Positions 17,851 through 26,591 of a stretch of DNA of 64,000 bases are shown in pieces; the first letter of the stretch is position 1; every line of letters begins with the position of its first letter. The position numbers and the translations under genes are program-made. The stretch lies in assembly GCA_964587315.1 (NCBI GenBank), contig CAZPLW010000001.1, positions 55,374-119,373 of the forward strand, read 5' to 3'. The stretch comes from an uncultured Lysobacter sp. (GTDB lineage: Bacteria > Pseudomonadota > Gammaproteobacteria > Burkholderiales > Usitatibacteraceae). The notes under the pieces were generated by a model, which saw nothing but the letters and a program-made list of their open reading frames with translations, was not told the origin of the DNA and searched no databases.

Positions 17851-19611
17851 CTAGAACGCCACCGAGACGGAGAAGACCGCCCGGACCTTCTTGTCGCGAT
17901 CGGCGTAGGCGACGTCGAGCGCGAGGGGACCGGCCGGGGTGCGCCAGCGCACGCCCACGCCGTAGCCCAGGTTCGCGCCGAGCGTGTCGCGCGTGTCGGC
18001 CGCATCGCCGGCGTCGAGGAACGCCGCCCCGCCCCACGCCGGCGTGAACCAGCGCACGTACTCGACGGTGCCGGTGGCGAGGTAACGGCCGCCCACGGTG
18101 GCGTCGCCTTCCTTCACGCCCAGGCTCTGGTACTTGTAGCCGCGCACCGAGCGCGTGCCGCCCGCGCGGTAGAGGAAGTCCTCCGGCACGCCCTCGCGGC
18201 TCACCGCGAAGGTCTTGCCCAGCTCGGCGCGGACGATGAACTGGTCCTTCGGCGTCGGCGTGAACCAGTGCTGGTACTGCGCGTAGGCCTTCACGAAATC
18301 CTGGTCCGACAGGAACGCCTTCGAGCCGATGGCCCCCTGCACTTGCAGCACCCCGCCCGTCTTCGGATCGAGCACGTCGTCCACGAAGCGCCAGGTGACG
18401 GTCGCGTTGGGCGCGAGGGCGCGCCGCAGGGACTGCTCGCCGCCGTCGGGCCGCGCCTGCTCGATCTGGTAGCTCACGCCCAGGCGGAAGTCGAACTGGC
18501 CCTTGAGGAACTGACGGTAGCCCGCGACGGCCACGCGCCGCGTGTCGAGGCCTTCGATCTTCGTGTGCTCGCCGAGGATACCCACGCTGTCCTTGGTGGC
18601 GAGGGAGCCCACGATGGGCGCGGCGATGGCCCCGGGAGGCAGGTAGAAATCCGCATAGCCGATCTGGCGCTTCGTGTCCGCCTGCAGCGCCGATTGCATG
18701 TCGTAGCCGATGCCGAAGGCGTTGCGGTAGCGCAGCGACACCTCGCCGCGCGCCCCCGAATCGGTGCCGTAGCCGGCGGAGAGGCCGACGTCGGCCACCG
18801 GGCGCTCGATGAGCGTGACGCGCACGGGCACGTGGTCCGGCTTGGCGGGATCGCGCTCGATCTCCACGGTGACGCCCGCGAAATACGGCGTGTTCTGGAG
18901 CGTGCGCTGCAGGTCGAGCAGGCGGTCGCTGCGATAGGGTTCGCCCGGGTCCACGTCGACGAGGCGATCGACCACCTGGCGCGGGTACCTCGCGAGCCCG
19001 GCGATCTCCACCTCGCCCAGCGAGAAGGCCGGGCCGCTGTCGAGGACGATGGCGAGCCTCGCCTTCGCGTTCGGCGCGTCGACGCGCGCCTCGCTCGAGA
19101 CGACGGCGCCCGCCGCGTAGTCGTCGGCGGTGAGCGCCTCCAGCAATCGCGCCTTCGCCTCTTCCCAGTCCGCCGTGCGGAAGGGCCGGCCCTCGACGAG
19201 CGTCCACGACGCCTTCAGCGCGTCGCGGCGCGACTGGCGGAACTCGCCCTCGCCCGCCACGTCGCCCTTGAACGCGATCGAGACGGCGGAGACCACGGTG
19301 CGCGGTCCCGTCTCGACCGTCACGCGGATGGGCTGCACGTCCTCGTCGATGTCGACCTTCGCGTCGAACCAGCCCTCGGCCGCGGCGATCTCGGGCACGC
19401 GCCGGCGCACCTCGCGGATCCAGCGGCGAAGGACCAGGCGGTCCTGCTTCGCCTCGGGCGGCGGGCGCCTCAGGTGCTTCTCGAAATGGACCTTGAGCTC
19501 CAGCGGCGCCTCCCAGGCGACGGACAGCGGGCCATCGGCCTCGTCCTCCGCGTGCGCCGTCGCCGCGAGGAACGTGAGGAGCGCGGCAGCGAGGGCGGCG
19601 TGGAGCTTCAC
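17851..19611 (-). CDS. tamA: Outer-membrane Omp85-family protein TamA
   Basis: Signal peptide, POTRA-like N-terminal part and a C-terminal bacterial surface antigen barrel (RSVRGYKYQSLG ... GVGVRWRTPAGPLALDVAY). GTG start immediately after the fbp TAG. Confidence 0.85.
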   Translation of the reverse strand: MKLHAALAAALLTFLAATAHAEDEADGPLSVAWEAPLELKVHFEKHLRRPPPEAKQDRLVLRRWIREVRRRVPEIAAAEGWFDAKVDIDEDVQPIRVTVETGPRTVVSAVSIAFKGDVAGEGEFRQSRRDALKASWTLVEGRPFRTADWEEAKARLLEALTADDYAAGAVVSSEARVDAPNAKARLAIVLDSGPAFSLGEVEIAGLARYPRQVVDRLVDVDPGEPYRSDRLLDLQRTLQNTPYFAGVTVEIERDPAKPDHVPVRVTLIERPVADVGLSAGYGTDSGARGEVSLRYRNAFGIGYDMQSALQADTKRQIGYADFYLPPGAIAAPIVGSLATKDSVGILGEHTKIEGLDTRRVAVAGYRQFLKGQFDFRLGVSYQIEQARPDGGEQSLRRALAPNATVTWRFVDDVLDPKTGGVLQVQGAIGSKAFLSDQDFVKAYAQYQHWFTPTPKDQFIVRAELGKTFAVSREGVPEDFLYRAGGTRSVRGYKYQSLGVKEGDATVGGRYLATGTVEYVRWFTPAWGGAAFLDAGDAADTRDTLGANLGYGVGVRWRTPAGPLALDVAYADRDKKVRAVFSVSVAF

Positions 19612-20613
19612 CTAGCCCGCGTGATAGCCCGTGGCGCGCTCGACTTCATTCCTGGAGCCGAGGATGACCGCGATGCGCTGGTGGAGGGCCGTGGGCTGCA
19701 CGTCGAGGATCCTCTCGCGGCCCGTGGTGGCGGCCCCGCCCGCCTGCTCGACGATCATCGCCATCGGATTCGCCTCGTACATGAGGCGAAGGCGCCCGGG
19801 CTTGCCGGGTTCCTTGTTGTCCCTCGGGTAGAGGAACACGCCGCCGCGCGAGAGGATGCGGTAGACGTCCGCCACCATCGAGGCGACCCAGCGCATGTTG
19901 AAGTCCGCGCCGCGCGGGCCGGCCTTGCCCGCGATGAGCTCGCCGACGTAGCGCTGCACGGGCGGCTCCCAGTGGCGCTGGTTGGACATGTTGATGGCGA
20001 ATTCCCTCGTGTCCTCCGGGATGCGGATGTCCTCGCGCGTGAGGCGGAAGGAGCCGACCTCGCGGTCCAGCGTGAACGAGTGCACGCCCTGGCCCATCGT
20101 GAGCACGAGCACCGTGGAGGGGCCGTAGACCGCGAAGCCCGCGCACACCTGCTGGGTGCCGGGCTGGAGGAACGCTTCCTCGCTCGTGGGGTCGACGCCC
20201 TCGGGACAACGCAGCACCGAGAAGATGGTGCCCACGGAGACGTTCACGTCGATGTTGGAGGAGCCGTCCAGCGGATCGAAGAGCAGGAGGAACTCGCCCT
20301 TGGGGAAGCGGCGCGGGATGCCCTGCGGGTGCTCCATCTCCTCCGAGGCCATGGCGGCGAGGTGGCCGCCCCATTCGTTGGCCTCGAGGAGGATCCCGTT
20401 CGCGATGACGTCGAGCTTCTGCTGCGCCTCTCCCCGCAAGTTGCCGCTGCCGGCGTCGCCCAGCACGCCCGCGAGGTCGCCCTTGCCCACGGCGATGGAG
20501 ATGGCCTTCACGGCGCGGGAGACGACCTCGACCAGCAGGCGCAGGTCGGAGGGGATGGCCTGCTTCTGCCACTGTTCGTCGATGAGGAAGCGGGAGAGGG
20601 AGACGGAGCGCAT
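19612..20613 (-). CDS. fbp: Class 1 fructose-1,6-bisphosphatase
   Basis: [46 protein letters not shown] and GGVFLYP are canonical FBPase class 1 motifs. Confidence 0.92.
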   Translation of the reverse strand: MRSVSLSRFLIDEQWQKQAIPSDLRLLVEVVSRAVKAISIAVGKGDLAGVLGDAGSGNLRGEAQQKLDVIANGILLEANEWGGHLAAMASEEMEHPQGIPRRFPKGEFLLLFDPLDGSSNIDVNVSVGTIFSVLRCPEGVDPTSEEAFLQPGTQQVCAGFAVYGPSTVLVLTMGQGVHSFTLDREVGSFRLTREDIRIPEDTREFAINMSNQRHWEPPVQRYVGELIAGKAGPRGADFNMRWVASMVADVYRILSRGGVFLYPRDNKEPGKPGRLRLMYEANPMAMIVEQAGGAATTGRERILDVQPTALHQRIAVILGSRNEVERATGYHAG

Positions 20614-20680
20614 GGTCTTGTGGCAGTCGGGGCGGACAGATGGATTTCGCGCGGCAGGGCCGCAACCCGCAATTATCCGG

Positions 20681-20708
20681 GAAAAGCGCCCGGCTCCCTA
20701 AACCGGGC
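20681..20708 (-). terminator. Intrinsic terminator candidate after the EamA-family gene
   Basis: On the minus strand GCCCGG-UUUAGGGAG-CCGGGC is followed by GCUUUUC, 8 nt after the stop. Confidence 0.4.
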
Positions 20709-20716
20709 ACCGTCCC

Positions 20717-21580
20717 CTATTTTCGGGCGAGCGAGGCGGCGGAGGCGATCACGAGCGCCCCGCCCGCGAGCTGCGCCGGGGTGAGGCTCTCGCCCAGCAC
20801 GAACCACGCGAGGGCGGCCGTGAAGACGGGCTCGAAGGTGGAGACCACGGAGGCCACGGACGGTCCCACGCGCTTGAGCCCCGCGAAGAAGGCGAGGATC
20901 GCGACCACGCCGCCCACGATGCCCAGGGCTGCGACGGCCGCCCAGCCCCACCAGGTGCCGGGAAGGCGCGTGTCGATGAAGAGCGACGCGATGCCGAGCG
21001 TCGTCGCCGCCGAGAGACAGATCACCGTCGAGCTGGCGAGGGCGTCCGTGCCCGCCAGTTCGCGCGACCCCACGAGGATGTACACCGAGTAGATGCCCGC
21101 CGCGGCGAGCCCCAGGCCGATTCCCATGGGCGTGCCGCTGCCGCCGCCCAGCATGAGGGCGAGGCCCGCGAAGCTCACGGCGAGGAGGGCGAGCTTCGTG
21201 CCGGTGAGCTTCTCGTGCAGGAAGGTGGCCGAGAGCAGCACGACGATCGTCGGGTAGACGTACAGCAGGAGCGCGACGAGGCCCGAGGACGCGTACTGCA
21301 GCGCGGTGAAGAAGCACGCGGCCTGGCCCACGTAGCCGATGCCGCCCATGGCGATCGCGAAATGCAACGGCCGCCCGCGGGGAAACCTCTTCCCCGTCGC
21401 GACGAGCAGGATCGCGAGGAGGATGCCGGCGATCGCGAAGCGTCCCGCGAGCAGCCCCGGCACGTTCGCGCCCGAAGCGAACGCCCCGCGCGCGATGACC
21501 GCCATCGCCCCGAACGCGCAGGCCGAAAGCAGGACCAGCAGGATGCCCGGGGTGGATGGGTGCTGCTGAAGGGGACGCAC
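20717..21580 (-). CDS. DMT superfamily (EamA-like) transporter; start lies inside repeat copy 4
   Basis: Ten hydrophobic segments and duplicated EamA-like halves. The only in-frame starts upstream of TM1 (GILLVLLSACAFG) are GTG 21580 and ATG 21640, both inside the repeat element. Confidence 0.75.
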   Translation of the reverse strand: MRPLQQHPSTPGILLVLLSACAFGAMAVIARGAFASGANVPGLLAGRFAIAGILLAILLVATGKRFPRGRPLHFAIAMGGIGYVGQAACFFTALQYASSGLVALLLYVYPTIVVLLSATFLHEKLTGTKLALLAVSFAGLALMLGGGSGTPMGIGLGLAAAGIYSVYILVGSRELAGTDALASSTVICLSAATTLGIASLFIDTRLPGTWWGWAAVAALGIVGGVVAILAFFAGLKRVGPSVASVVSTFEPVFTAALAWFVLGESLTPAQLAGGALVIASAASLARK

Positions 21581-21709
21581 GCCTTCAGCCCTTCTGAAGG
21601 GGACGCACGCCTTCACGGAAACTGAAGGGGACGGAGGCATTTACGCCACAGCGTGTTGCGGAAATCGCTCCGTCCCCTTCATCGAGCCTGAAGGCGTGCG
21701 TCCCCTTCA
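21567..21709. repeat. Nested-palindrome intergenic element, copy 4 (A-A-B-A')
   Basis: Two tandem A units (21567-21587 and 21595-21615), B hairpin 21623-21681 and A' 21689-21709. It ends 7 bp from the ubiJ stop. Confidence 0.9.
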
Positions 21710-21715
21710 ATGGGT

Positions 21716-22300
21716 TCAACGGCGCTCGAGCTGCTCGATGCGCTTCTCGAGCCGCTCCACGGCGTCGCGCAGCAGGCTCACCTCGTCGACGAAACCGGCC
21801 ACCTTCACGCGGGAGGCGATGAGGGGCGATTCCTCGGTGAAGTACTCGGCGGCGGAGGCGGCGAGGCGCTCGGCGGCGTCCTTGCCCCAGCCAGCGGCGG
21901 CGGTGGCGGCGCCGACCGCGCGATGGGCCGCGGCATCGCCCACCACCTTCGAGAGGTCCTCTTCCACGTCCCACTTCAGGTTCTTTGCGAGGAAGGCGAT
22001 CTCCGCGGCGAATTCGGCATCGCCCGTCATCTGCACGTCGCGGAAGGCCGACTCGTCGCGCGCGGCGAGGCGGGGCAGCAGGAACGGCGAGAGCTTCACC
22101 TCCAGATCCTTCGTCGCACTCTCCACGGCAGGCAGCACCTCGCCCGTGGTCTGCACGGTGAAGGTGGCGTCGAAGGGACCGACGTGGAAGACGGCGGTGC
22201 GCCCGGCGAACTTGCCCAGGCGCTCGCGGGAAAGCGGCGCCGCGCCCGTCAGCTTGTTGATGAAGCCGGCCGCGGCATCCGTGGGCGTCGGGCCGATCAC
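21716..22300 (-). CDS. ubiJ: Ubiquinone biosynthesis accessory factor UbiJ (SCP2 domain)
   Basis: Position directly after ubiE with a GTGA overlap. SCP2-like N-terminal part ([16 protein letters not shown]) and a C-terminal amphipathic helix ending [11 protein letters not shown]. Confidence 0.65.
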   Translation of the reverse strand: MIGPTPTDAAAGFINKLTGAAPLSRERLGKFAGRTAVFHVGPFDATFTVQTTGEVLPAVESATKDLEVKLSPFLLPRLAARDESAFRDVQMTGDAEFAAEIAFLAKNLKWDVEEDLSKVVGDAAAHRAVGAATAAAGWGKDAAERLAASAAEYFTEESPLIASRVKVAGFVDEVSLLRDAVERLEKRIEQLERR

Positions 22301-23034
22301 GGCTTGAATCCCCGGTGCAGCGCGACCACGCCCATGGTCAGGTTGTTGTAGTCCACGCGCACCAGGCCCGCGGCTTCCATCATGCCCTTGAGCGTCTCCT
22401 GGTCCGGGTGCATGCGGATGGACTCGGCCAGGTAGCGGTAGGCCGCCTCGTCCTTGGCGACGTGCTTGCCGATGAAGGGCAGCACGTTGAACGAGTAGAG
22501 GTCGTAGGGCTTCTCGAGCGGCTTCCACACCTTGCTGAACTCGAGCACCATCACGCGCCCGCCGGGCTTCGCCACGCGCGTCATCTCCGCGAGCGCCTTG
22601 TCCTTGTGCGTCATGTTGCGAAGGCCGAAGGCCACGGTGATGCAGTCGAAAGTGTCGTCGGGGAAGGGGAGCTTCTCGGCGTCGCAGATGGCGGGCGGGG
22701 CGAGCACGCCGCCGTCGATGGCCTTGTCGCGCCCCACGCGCAGCATGGCGCCGTTGATGTCCGTCATCACCACCTTGCCCGTGGGCCCGGCGATCTTCGC
22801 GAAGGCAAGGGCCAGGTCGCCGCTGCCGCTCGCGACATCCAGCACGGTGCTGCCCGCCTTCACGCCCGAGAGCGCGATGGCGAACCGCTTCCAGAGGCGG
22901 TGAAGCCCCATCGACATGAAGTCGTTCATCAGGTCGTAGTTACCCGCGACCGACGAGAAGACCTCGCCGACCTTGGCGGCCTTCTCGCCTTCCTTCACCT
23001 CCTGGAAGCCGAAATGGGTGGTCTTGTCGTTCAT
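22297..23034 (-). CDS. ubiE: Bifunctional demethylmenaquinone / 2-methoxy-6-polyprenyl-1,4-benzoquinol methyltransferase UbiE
   Basis: [69 protein letters not shown] is a canonical UbiE/MenG pattern. Confidence 0.92.
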   Translation of the reverse strand: MNDKTTHFGFQEVKEGEKAAKVGEVFSSVAGNYDLMNDFMSMGLHRLWKRFAIALSGVKAGSTVLDVASGSGDLALAFAKIAGPTGKVVMTDINGAMLRVGRDKAIDGGVLAPPAICDAEKLPFPDDTFDCITVAFGLRNMTHKDKALAEMTRVAKPGGRVMVLEFSKVWKPLEKPYDLYSFNVLPFIGKHVAKDEAAYRYLAESIRMHPDQETLKGMMEAAGLVRVDYNNLTMGVVALHRGFKP

Positions 23035-23399
23035 TTGGGGTCCCGCGAGGCGCCGGCCTGCTCCAGGCGGGCGAGGTAGCTCTTCCAGCTCGATTCCTTC
23101 TTCTCGCCCAGCTCGTAGAGGTAATCCCACGAATAGAGGCCGGTGTCGTGCCCGTCGCTGAAGACGAGCTTCACCGCGTAGGCGCCCACGGGCTCGATCT
23201 CCTTGATCTCGACGTCGCGCTTGCCGACCTGCAGCACTTCCTGGCCCGGGCCGTGGCCGCGGACCTCGGCCGACGGGGAGTAGACGCGCAGGTACTCGCA
23301 GGACAGGCTGAAGCGCTGGCCGTCGTCGAAGGCGATCTCGAGGATGCGCGACTTCTGGTGCAGCTTGATCTCGGTGGGGCGGGGGGCGGCTGGGCTCAT
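23031..23399 (-). CDS. DUF971 (gamma-butyrobetaine hydroxylase-like N-terminal domain) protein
   Basis: [59 protein letters not shown] is typical DUF971. ATGA overlap with ubiE. Confidence 0.75.
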   Translation of the reverse strand: MSPAAPRPTEIKLHQKSRILEIAFDDGQRFSLSCEYLRVYSPSAEVRGHGPGQEVLQVGKRDVEIKEIEPVGAYAVKLVFSDGHDTGLYSWDYLYELGEKKESSWKSYLARLEQAGASRDPK

Positions 23400-23451
23400 G
23401 GGCGTATCTTGGGGGAAGCCGGCATTTTCCCACGGACGGGGTCCTTCGGGG

Positions 23452-23469
23452 CTGTAACCCCCGTGTCAC
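23452..23469 (+). promoter_or_regulatory. Pho box candidate CTGTAAC-CCCC-GTGTCAC
   Basis: Two 7-bp direct repeats with a 4-bp spacer resemble the CTGTCAT-N4-CTGTCAC consensus. A TAACAT -10-like hexamer starts 10 bp downstream, ahead of phoB. Confidence 0.5.
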
Positions 23470-23523
23470 AGACGGACCGTAACATGCCCGAAACATCGAC
23501 TGCTTGAGCCACCCCAAGGTCCC

Positions 23524-24210
23524 ATGCCCGCCCAGATCCTCGTCGTCGAAGACGAGAGCGCCATCCAGGAACTCATCGCCCTCAACCTCGAGCAGGCAGG
23601 GCAGACGCCCATTCTCGCCGGCAGCGCGGAGGAGGCCTGGACGAAGATCCAGTCCGCCCTGCCGGACCTGGTGCTGCTCGACTGGATGCTGCCGGGCCAG
23701 AGCGGCATCGAGTTCGCGCGGTGCCTGAGGGCCGAGTCGCGCACGCGCCTGCTGCCCATCATCATGCTCACGGCGCGCGGGGAGGAGGAGGACAAGCTGC
23801 GGGGCCTGGACACCGGCGCCGACGACTTCATCACCAAGCCCTTCTCCACGAAGGAGCTGCAGGCGCGCATCAAGGCCGTCCTTCGCCGCCGGGCGCCGGA
23901 GATCACCGACGACGCCATCGAGTACCACGGGCTGAAGCTGGACCCGGCCTCGCACCGCATCACCGGCAAGGGGAAGGATCTCGCGATGGGCCCCACGGAG
24001 TTCCGCCTGCTGCATTTCTTCATGACCCACCCGGAACGCGTCTATTCGCGCACGCAGCTCCTGGACCACGTGTGGGGCGACCACGTGTTCATCGAGGAGC
24101 GGACGGTGGACGTGCACATCCGCCGCCTGCGCGCCGCGCTCGAGAAGTCCGGGCTGGAGACCTACATCCAGACCATCCGGGGCAGCGGGTACCGATTTTC
24201 CCGAGGGTAA
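23524..24210 (+). CDS. phoB: Phosphate regulon response regulator PhoB
   Basis: [109 protein letters not shown] matches PhoB closely. Confidence 0.92.
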   Translation: MPAQILVVEDESAIQELIALNLEQAGQTPILAGSAEEAWTKIQSALPDLVLLDWMLPGQSGIEFARCLRAESRTRLLPIIMLTARGEEEDKLRGLDTGADDFITKPFSTKELQARIKAVLRRRAPEITDDAIEYHGLKLDPASHRITGKGKDLAMGPTEFRLLHFFMTHPERVYSRTQLLDHVWGDHVFIEERTVDVHIRRLRAALEKSGLETYIQTIRGSGYRFSRG

Positions 24211-24221
24211 GGGCTGGCTTC

Positions 24222-24364
24222 TGAAGGGGACGCACGCCTTCACCCATCCTGAAGGGGACGCACGCCTTCAGAAGCGGTGAAGGGGACGGAGGCAATTTTG
24301 CAACAGCGTGTTGCGCGATTCCCTCCGTCCCCTTCAAGCGAGTTGAAGGCGTGCGTCCCCTTCA
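24222..24364. repeat. Nested-palindrome intergenic element, copy 5 (A-A-B-A'), inside the phoB-phoR spacer
   Basis: A units at 24222-24242 and 24250-24270, B hairpin 24278-24336 and A' 24344-24364. Confidence 0.9.
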
Positions 24365-24401
24365 CGCCCTTCACGAAGGCGCGCGGCGCCTTTGACCGAT
24401 A

Positions 24402-25757
24402 ATGGACGCCATGCGCGACTGGACCGCCCGACTCTCCCTGCACGGCCTCGCCGCGACCGCCGGCGCCGTGATCGTGGGCTTCGCCGGGGGCTGGGGCGAG
24501 GTGCGCGGATGGGTGATGGCGTGCGTGTTCCTCCTCGCCTACCTCCTCGTCGCCCTGGCCCTGCTGCTGCGCGAACGCGACCGCCTCGCCGACTGGGCCG
24601 CCAGGCCCGCCGCCGAGGACGTCCCCGACGTGGGCGGGCGCTGGGGCGACATCTACGCGGGCCTCTACCGCCTGCTGCGCGAGCAGTCGCGAAGCCGCGC
24701 CGGCCTCTCCCACGCCCTGTGGCGCTTCCGGCAGGCCGGCGAGGCGATGCCCGACGGCGTGGCGGTGCTGGACGCGAACGACCGCATCGAGTGGATGAAC
24801 CCGGTGGCCGAGGAGCACTTCGGCCTCGAGCTGAAGCGCGACCGCCAGCAGCCCCTCACGAACCTCGTGCGCCACCCGGCCTTCGTCGCCTACCTCGCCT
24901 CGCCCACCTACGCCGAGCCGCTGCTGCTGCGCGGGGAGACCGAGCGCATCCTCTCCATCCAGCTCGTGCCCTACGGCGACAACGAGAAGCTGCTGCTCTC
25001 GCGCGACGTGACCCGGTGGGAACGCCTGGAGTCCGTGCGCCGCGACTTCATCGCCAACGTCTCGCACGAGCTGCGCACGCCGCTCACGGTGATGAAGGGC
25101 TTCCTCGAGACGCTCACCGATTCCGAGCGCACGGACGAAAAGGTCTACCGCCGCTCGCTCGCCCTGATGACGGGCCAGGCCGAGCGCATGCAGCGCCTGG
25201 TCGAGGACCTGCTCATGCTCTCGCGCCTGGAGGATTCGCGCTCGCTGCTGCGCGAAGAGCCCCTGGACGTGCCCGCCCTCCTCGCCGCGGTGGTGCACGA
25301 GGGCCAGGCGATCAGCCAGGGCCACCACCGCTTCTCCTTGGAAATCGGGCCCGGCCGCCTCCTCGCAAGCCGCGAGGAGATCCGCAGCGCCTTCACCAAC
25401 CTCGTCACCAACGCCGTGCGCTACACGCCGCCGGGCGGGACCGTCACGGTGACGTGGGGACTCGAGGACGGCGCCCCCGTGATGCGGGTGCGCGACAACG
25501 GCGAGGGAATCGCCCCGGAGCACATCCCGCGCCTCACCGAGCGCTTCTACCGCGTGGACCGCGGCCGCTCGCGCTCCTCCGGCGGCACGGGACTGGGCCT
25601 CGCCATCGTGAAGCACGTGATGCAGCGCCACCAGGGGCGGCTTTCGATCGAGAGCGAGGTGGGCGTGGGCAGCGATTTCGCCTGCGTCTTCCCGCCCGCG
25701 CGCGCCTTGCCGGCCCGCACCGAAGCGGACGAGGCGGCGCCCATCCGGGCGGCGTAG
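24402..25757 (+). CDS. phoR: Phosphate regulon sensor histidine kinase PhoR
   Basis: Two N-terminal TM segments, PAS (MPDGVAVLDANDRIEWMNPVAEEHFG), H-box RRDFIANVSHELRTPLT, and N/G boxes (NLVTNAVRYTP, DNGEGI, GGTGLGLAIVKH). Confidence 0.9.
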   Translation: MDAMRDWTARLSLHGLAATAGAVIVGFAGGWGEVRGWVMACVFLLAYLLVALALLLRERDRLADWAARPAAEDVPDVGGRWGDIYAGLYRLLREQSRSRAGLSHALWRFRQAGEAMPDGVAVLDANDRIEWMNPVAEEHFGLELKRDRQQPLTNLVRHPAFVAYLASPTYAEPLLLRGETERILSIQLVPYGDNEKLLLSRDVTRWERLESVRRDFIANVSHELRTPLTVMKGFLETLTDSERTDEKVYRRSLALMTGQAERMQRLVEDLLMLSRLEDSRSLLREEPLDVPALLAAVVHEGQAISQGHHRFSLEIGPGRLLASREEIRSAFTNLVTNAVRYTPPGGTVTVTWGLEDGAPVMRVRDNGEGIAPEHIPRLTERFYRVDRGRSRSSGGTGLGLAIVKHVMQRHQGRLSIESEVGVGSDFACVFPPARALPARTEADEAAPIRAA

Positions 25758-25804
25758 CGGGGGCGATGGGTGCGGGGGCGACGCCGGTGCCCTAGAATGC
25801 AACG

Positions 25805-26197
25805 ATGATCGGCATCCTCATCGTCTCCCACGGCGCCTTCGGCGAGAGCCTCATCCACTCCGCGAGCCACGTGCTCGGCAAGCGGCCCCTCTACGTGCGC
25901 CAGGTCGGCATCACGGTGCACGACGATCCCGAGACGCTCGTTCCCATGGCGCAGGACCACATCCGCTTCATCGACCGCGGCGCCGGCGTCCTCGTGCTCA
26001 CCGACATCTACGGCGCCACGCCCTCGAACGTCGCCGCGCGCCTGCTCGTGCCCGGCCGCGTCGAAGGCCTCGCCGGCGTGAACCTGCCCATGCTCATCCG
26101 CGCCCTCACCTACCGCGAGGAGCCCCTCGAGACCGTGCTCGCCAAGGCCCTGTCCGGCGGCACCGAGGGCGTGATGCGCATGACGCCCCCCGCCTGA
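25805..26197 (+). CDS. PTS EIIA component, mannose/fructose family
   Basis: MIGILIVSHGAFGESL with the phosphorylatable His near the N-terminus, then VLVLTDIYGATPSN. Confidence 0.85.
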   Translation: MIGILIVSHGAFGESLIHSASHVLGKRPLYVRQVGITVHDDPETLVPMAQDHIRFIDRGAGVLVLTDIYGATPSNVAARLLVPGRVEGLAGVNLPMLIRALTYREEPLETVLAKALSGGTEGVMRMTPPA

Positions 26198-26208
26198 GGA
26201 CCGACCCC

Positions 26209-26478
26209 TTGCAGAAGAAGACCCTCCCGATCGTGAACAAGCTGGGCCTGCACGCGCGCGCCTCCGCCAAGCTCACCCAGATGGCCGGCAGGTTCTCGAG
26301 CAGCGTGTTCCTCTCGCGAAACGGCAAGCGCGTCAACGCCAAGAGCATCATGGGCGTGATGATGCTGGCCGCCGGCAAGGGCTCGAGCGTCGAGCTGGAG
26401 ACCGAGGGCGCCGACGAGCTCGAGGCGATGGACGCGATCGAGAAGCTCATCGCCGACAAGTTCGGCGAAGGCGAGTAG
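26209..26478 (+). CDS. ptsH: HPr family phosphocarrier protein
   Basis: NKLGLHARASAKL (active-site His) and AKSIMGVMMLAAGKGS. 89 aa with a TTG start. Confidence 0.88.
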   Translation: MQKKTLPIVNKLGLHARASAKLTQMAGRFSSSVFLSRNGKRVNAKSIMGVMMLAAGKGSSVELETEGADELEAMDAIEKLIADKFGEGE

Positions 26479-26591
26479 TCGCATGAGCCACCGAGCAGGG
26501 GCCCCTCCGGGGATGCGAGCAAGGCGATCGCGACCGGGCGCCGACACGACGCGGCCGGCCGTTCGCGGCAATCGTCCGGAGGCGCCGAACG

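Noticed and set aside
13786-20784. A 2332-aa ORF on the plus strand spanning 7 kb
   Set aside because: It runs antisense to tamB, tamA and fbp, all of which have clear family motifs. Its product is an Arg/Ala/Gly/Glu/His-rich low-complexity string with no recognisable domains. It begins inside a repeat element. It is a typical long shadow ORF of a high-GC genome.
5263-24364. Possibility that the repeated 21-nt units form a CRISPR array
   Set aside because: The units occur as inverted, not direct, repeats. There are at most two tandem copies per locus, with 7-nt rather than 30-40-nt spacers. The copies are dispersed over 19 kb, and no cas genes are present.
5260-24370. Short ORFs such as MKGTEGFPQH.., ..KACVPF.., ..EGVRPLQ.. 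at 5291, 11458-12030, 13734-13937, 21585-21974 and 24089-24337
   Set aside because: They are translations of the nested-palindrome repeats on both strands. The same peptides recur because the DNA repeats. They are not conserved genes.
26479-26591. 113-bp GC-rich spacer between ptsH and ptsI as a possible ncRNA
   Set aside because: It has only short, unremarkable stems (for example GGGGCCCCTCCGGGG) and no terminator or conserved-looking motif. The ptsI start is itself uncertain (26592 or 26643), so the spacer may simply be a leader.
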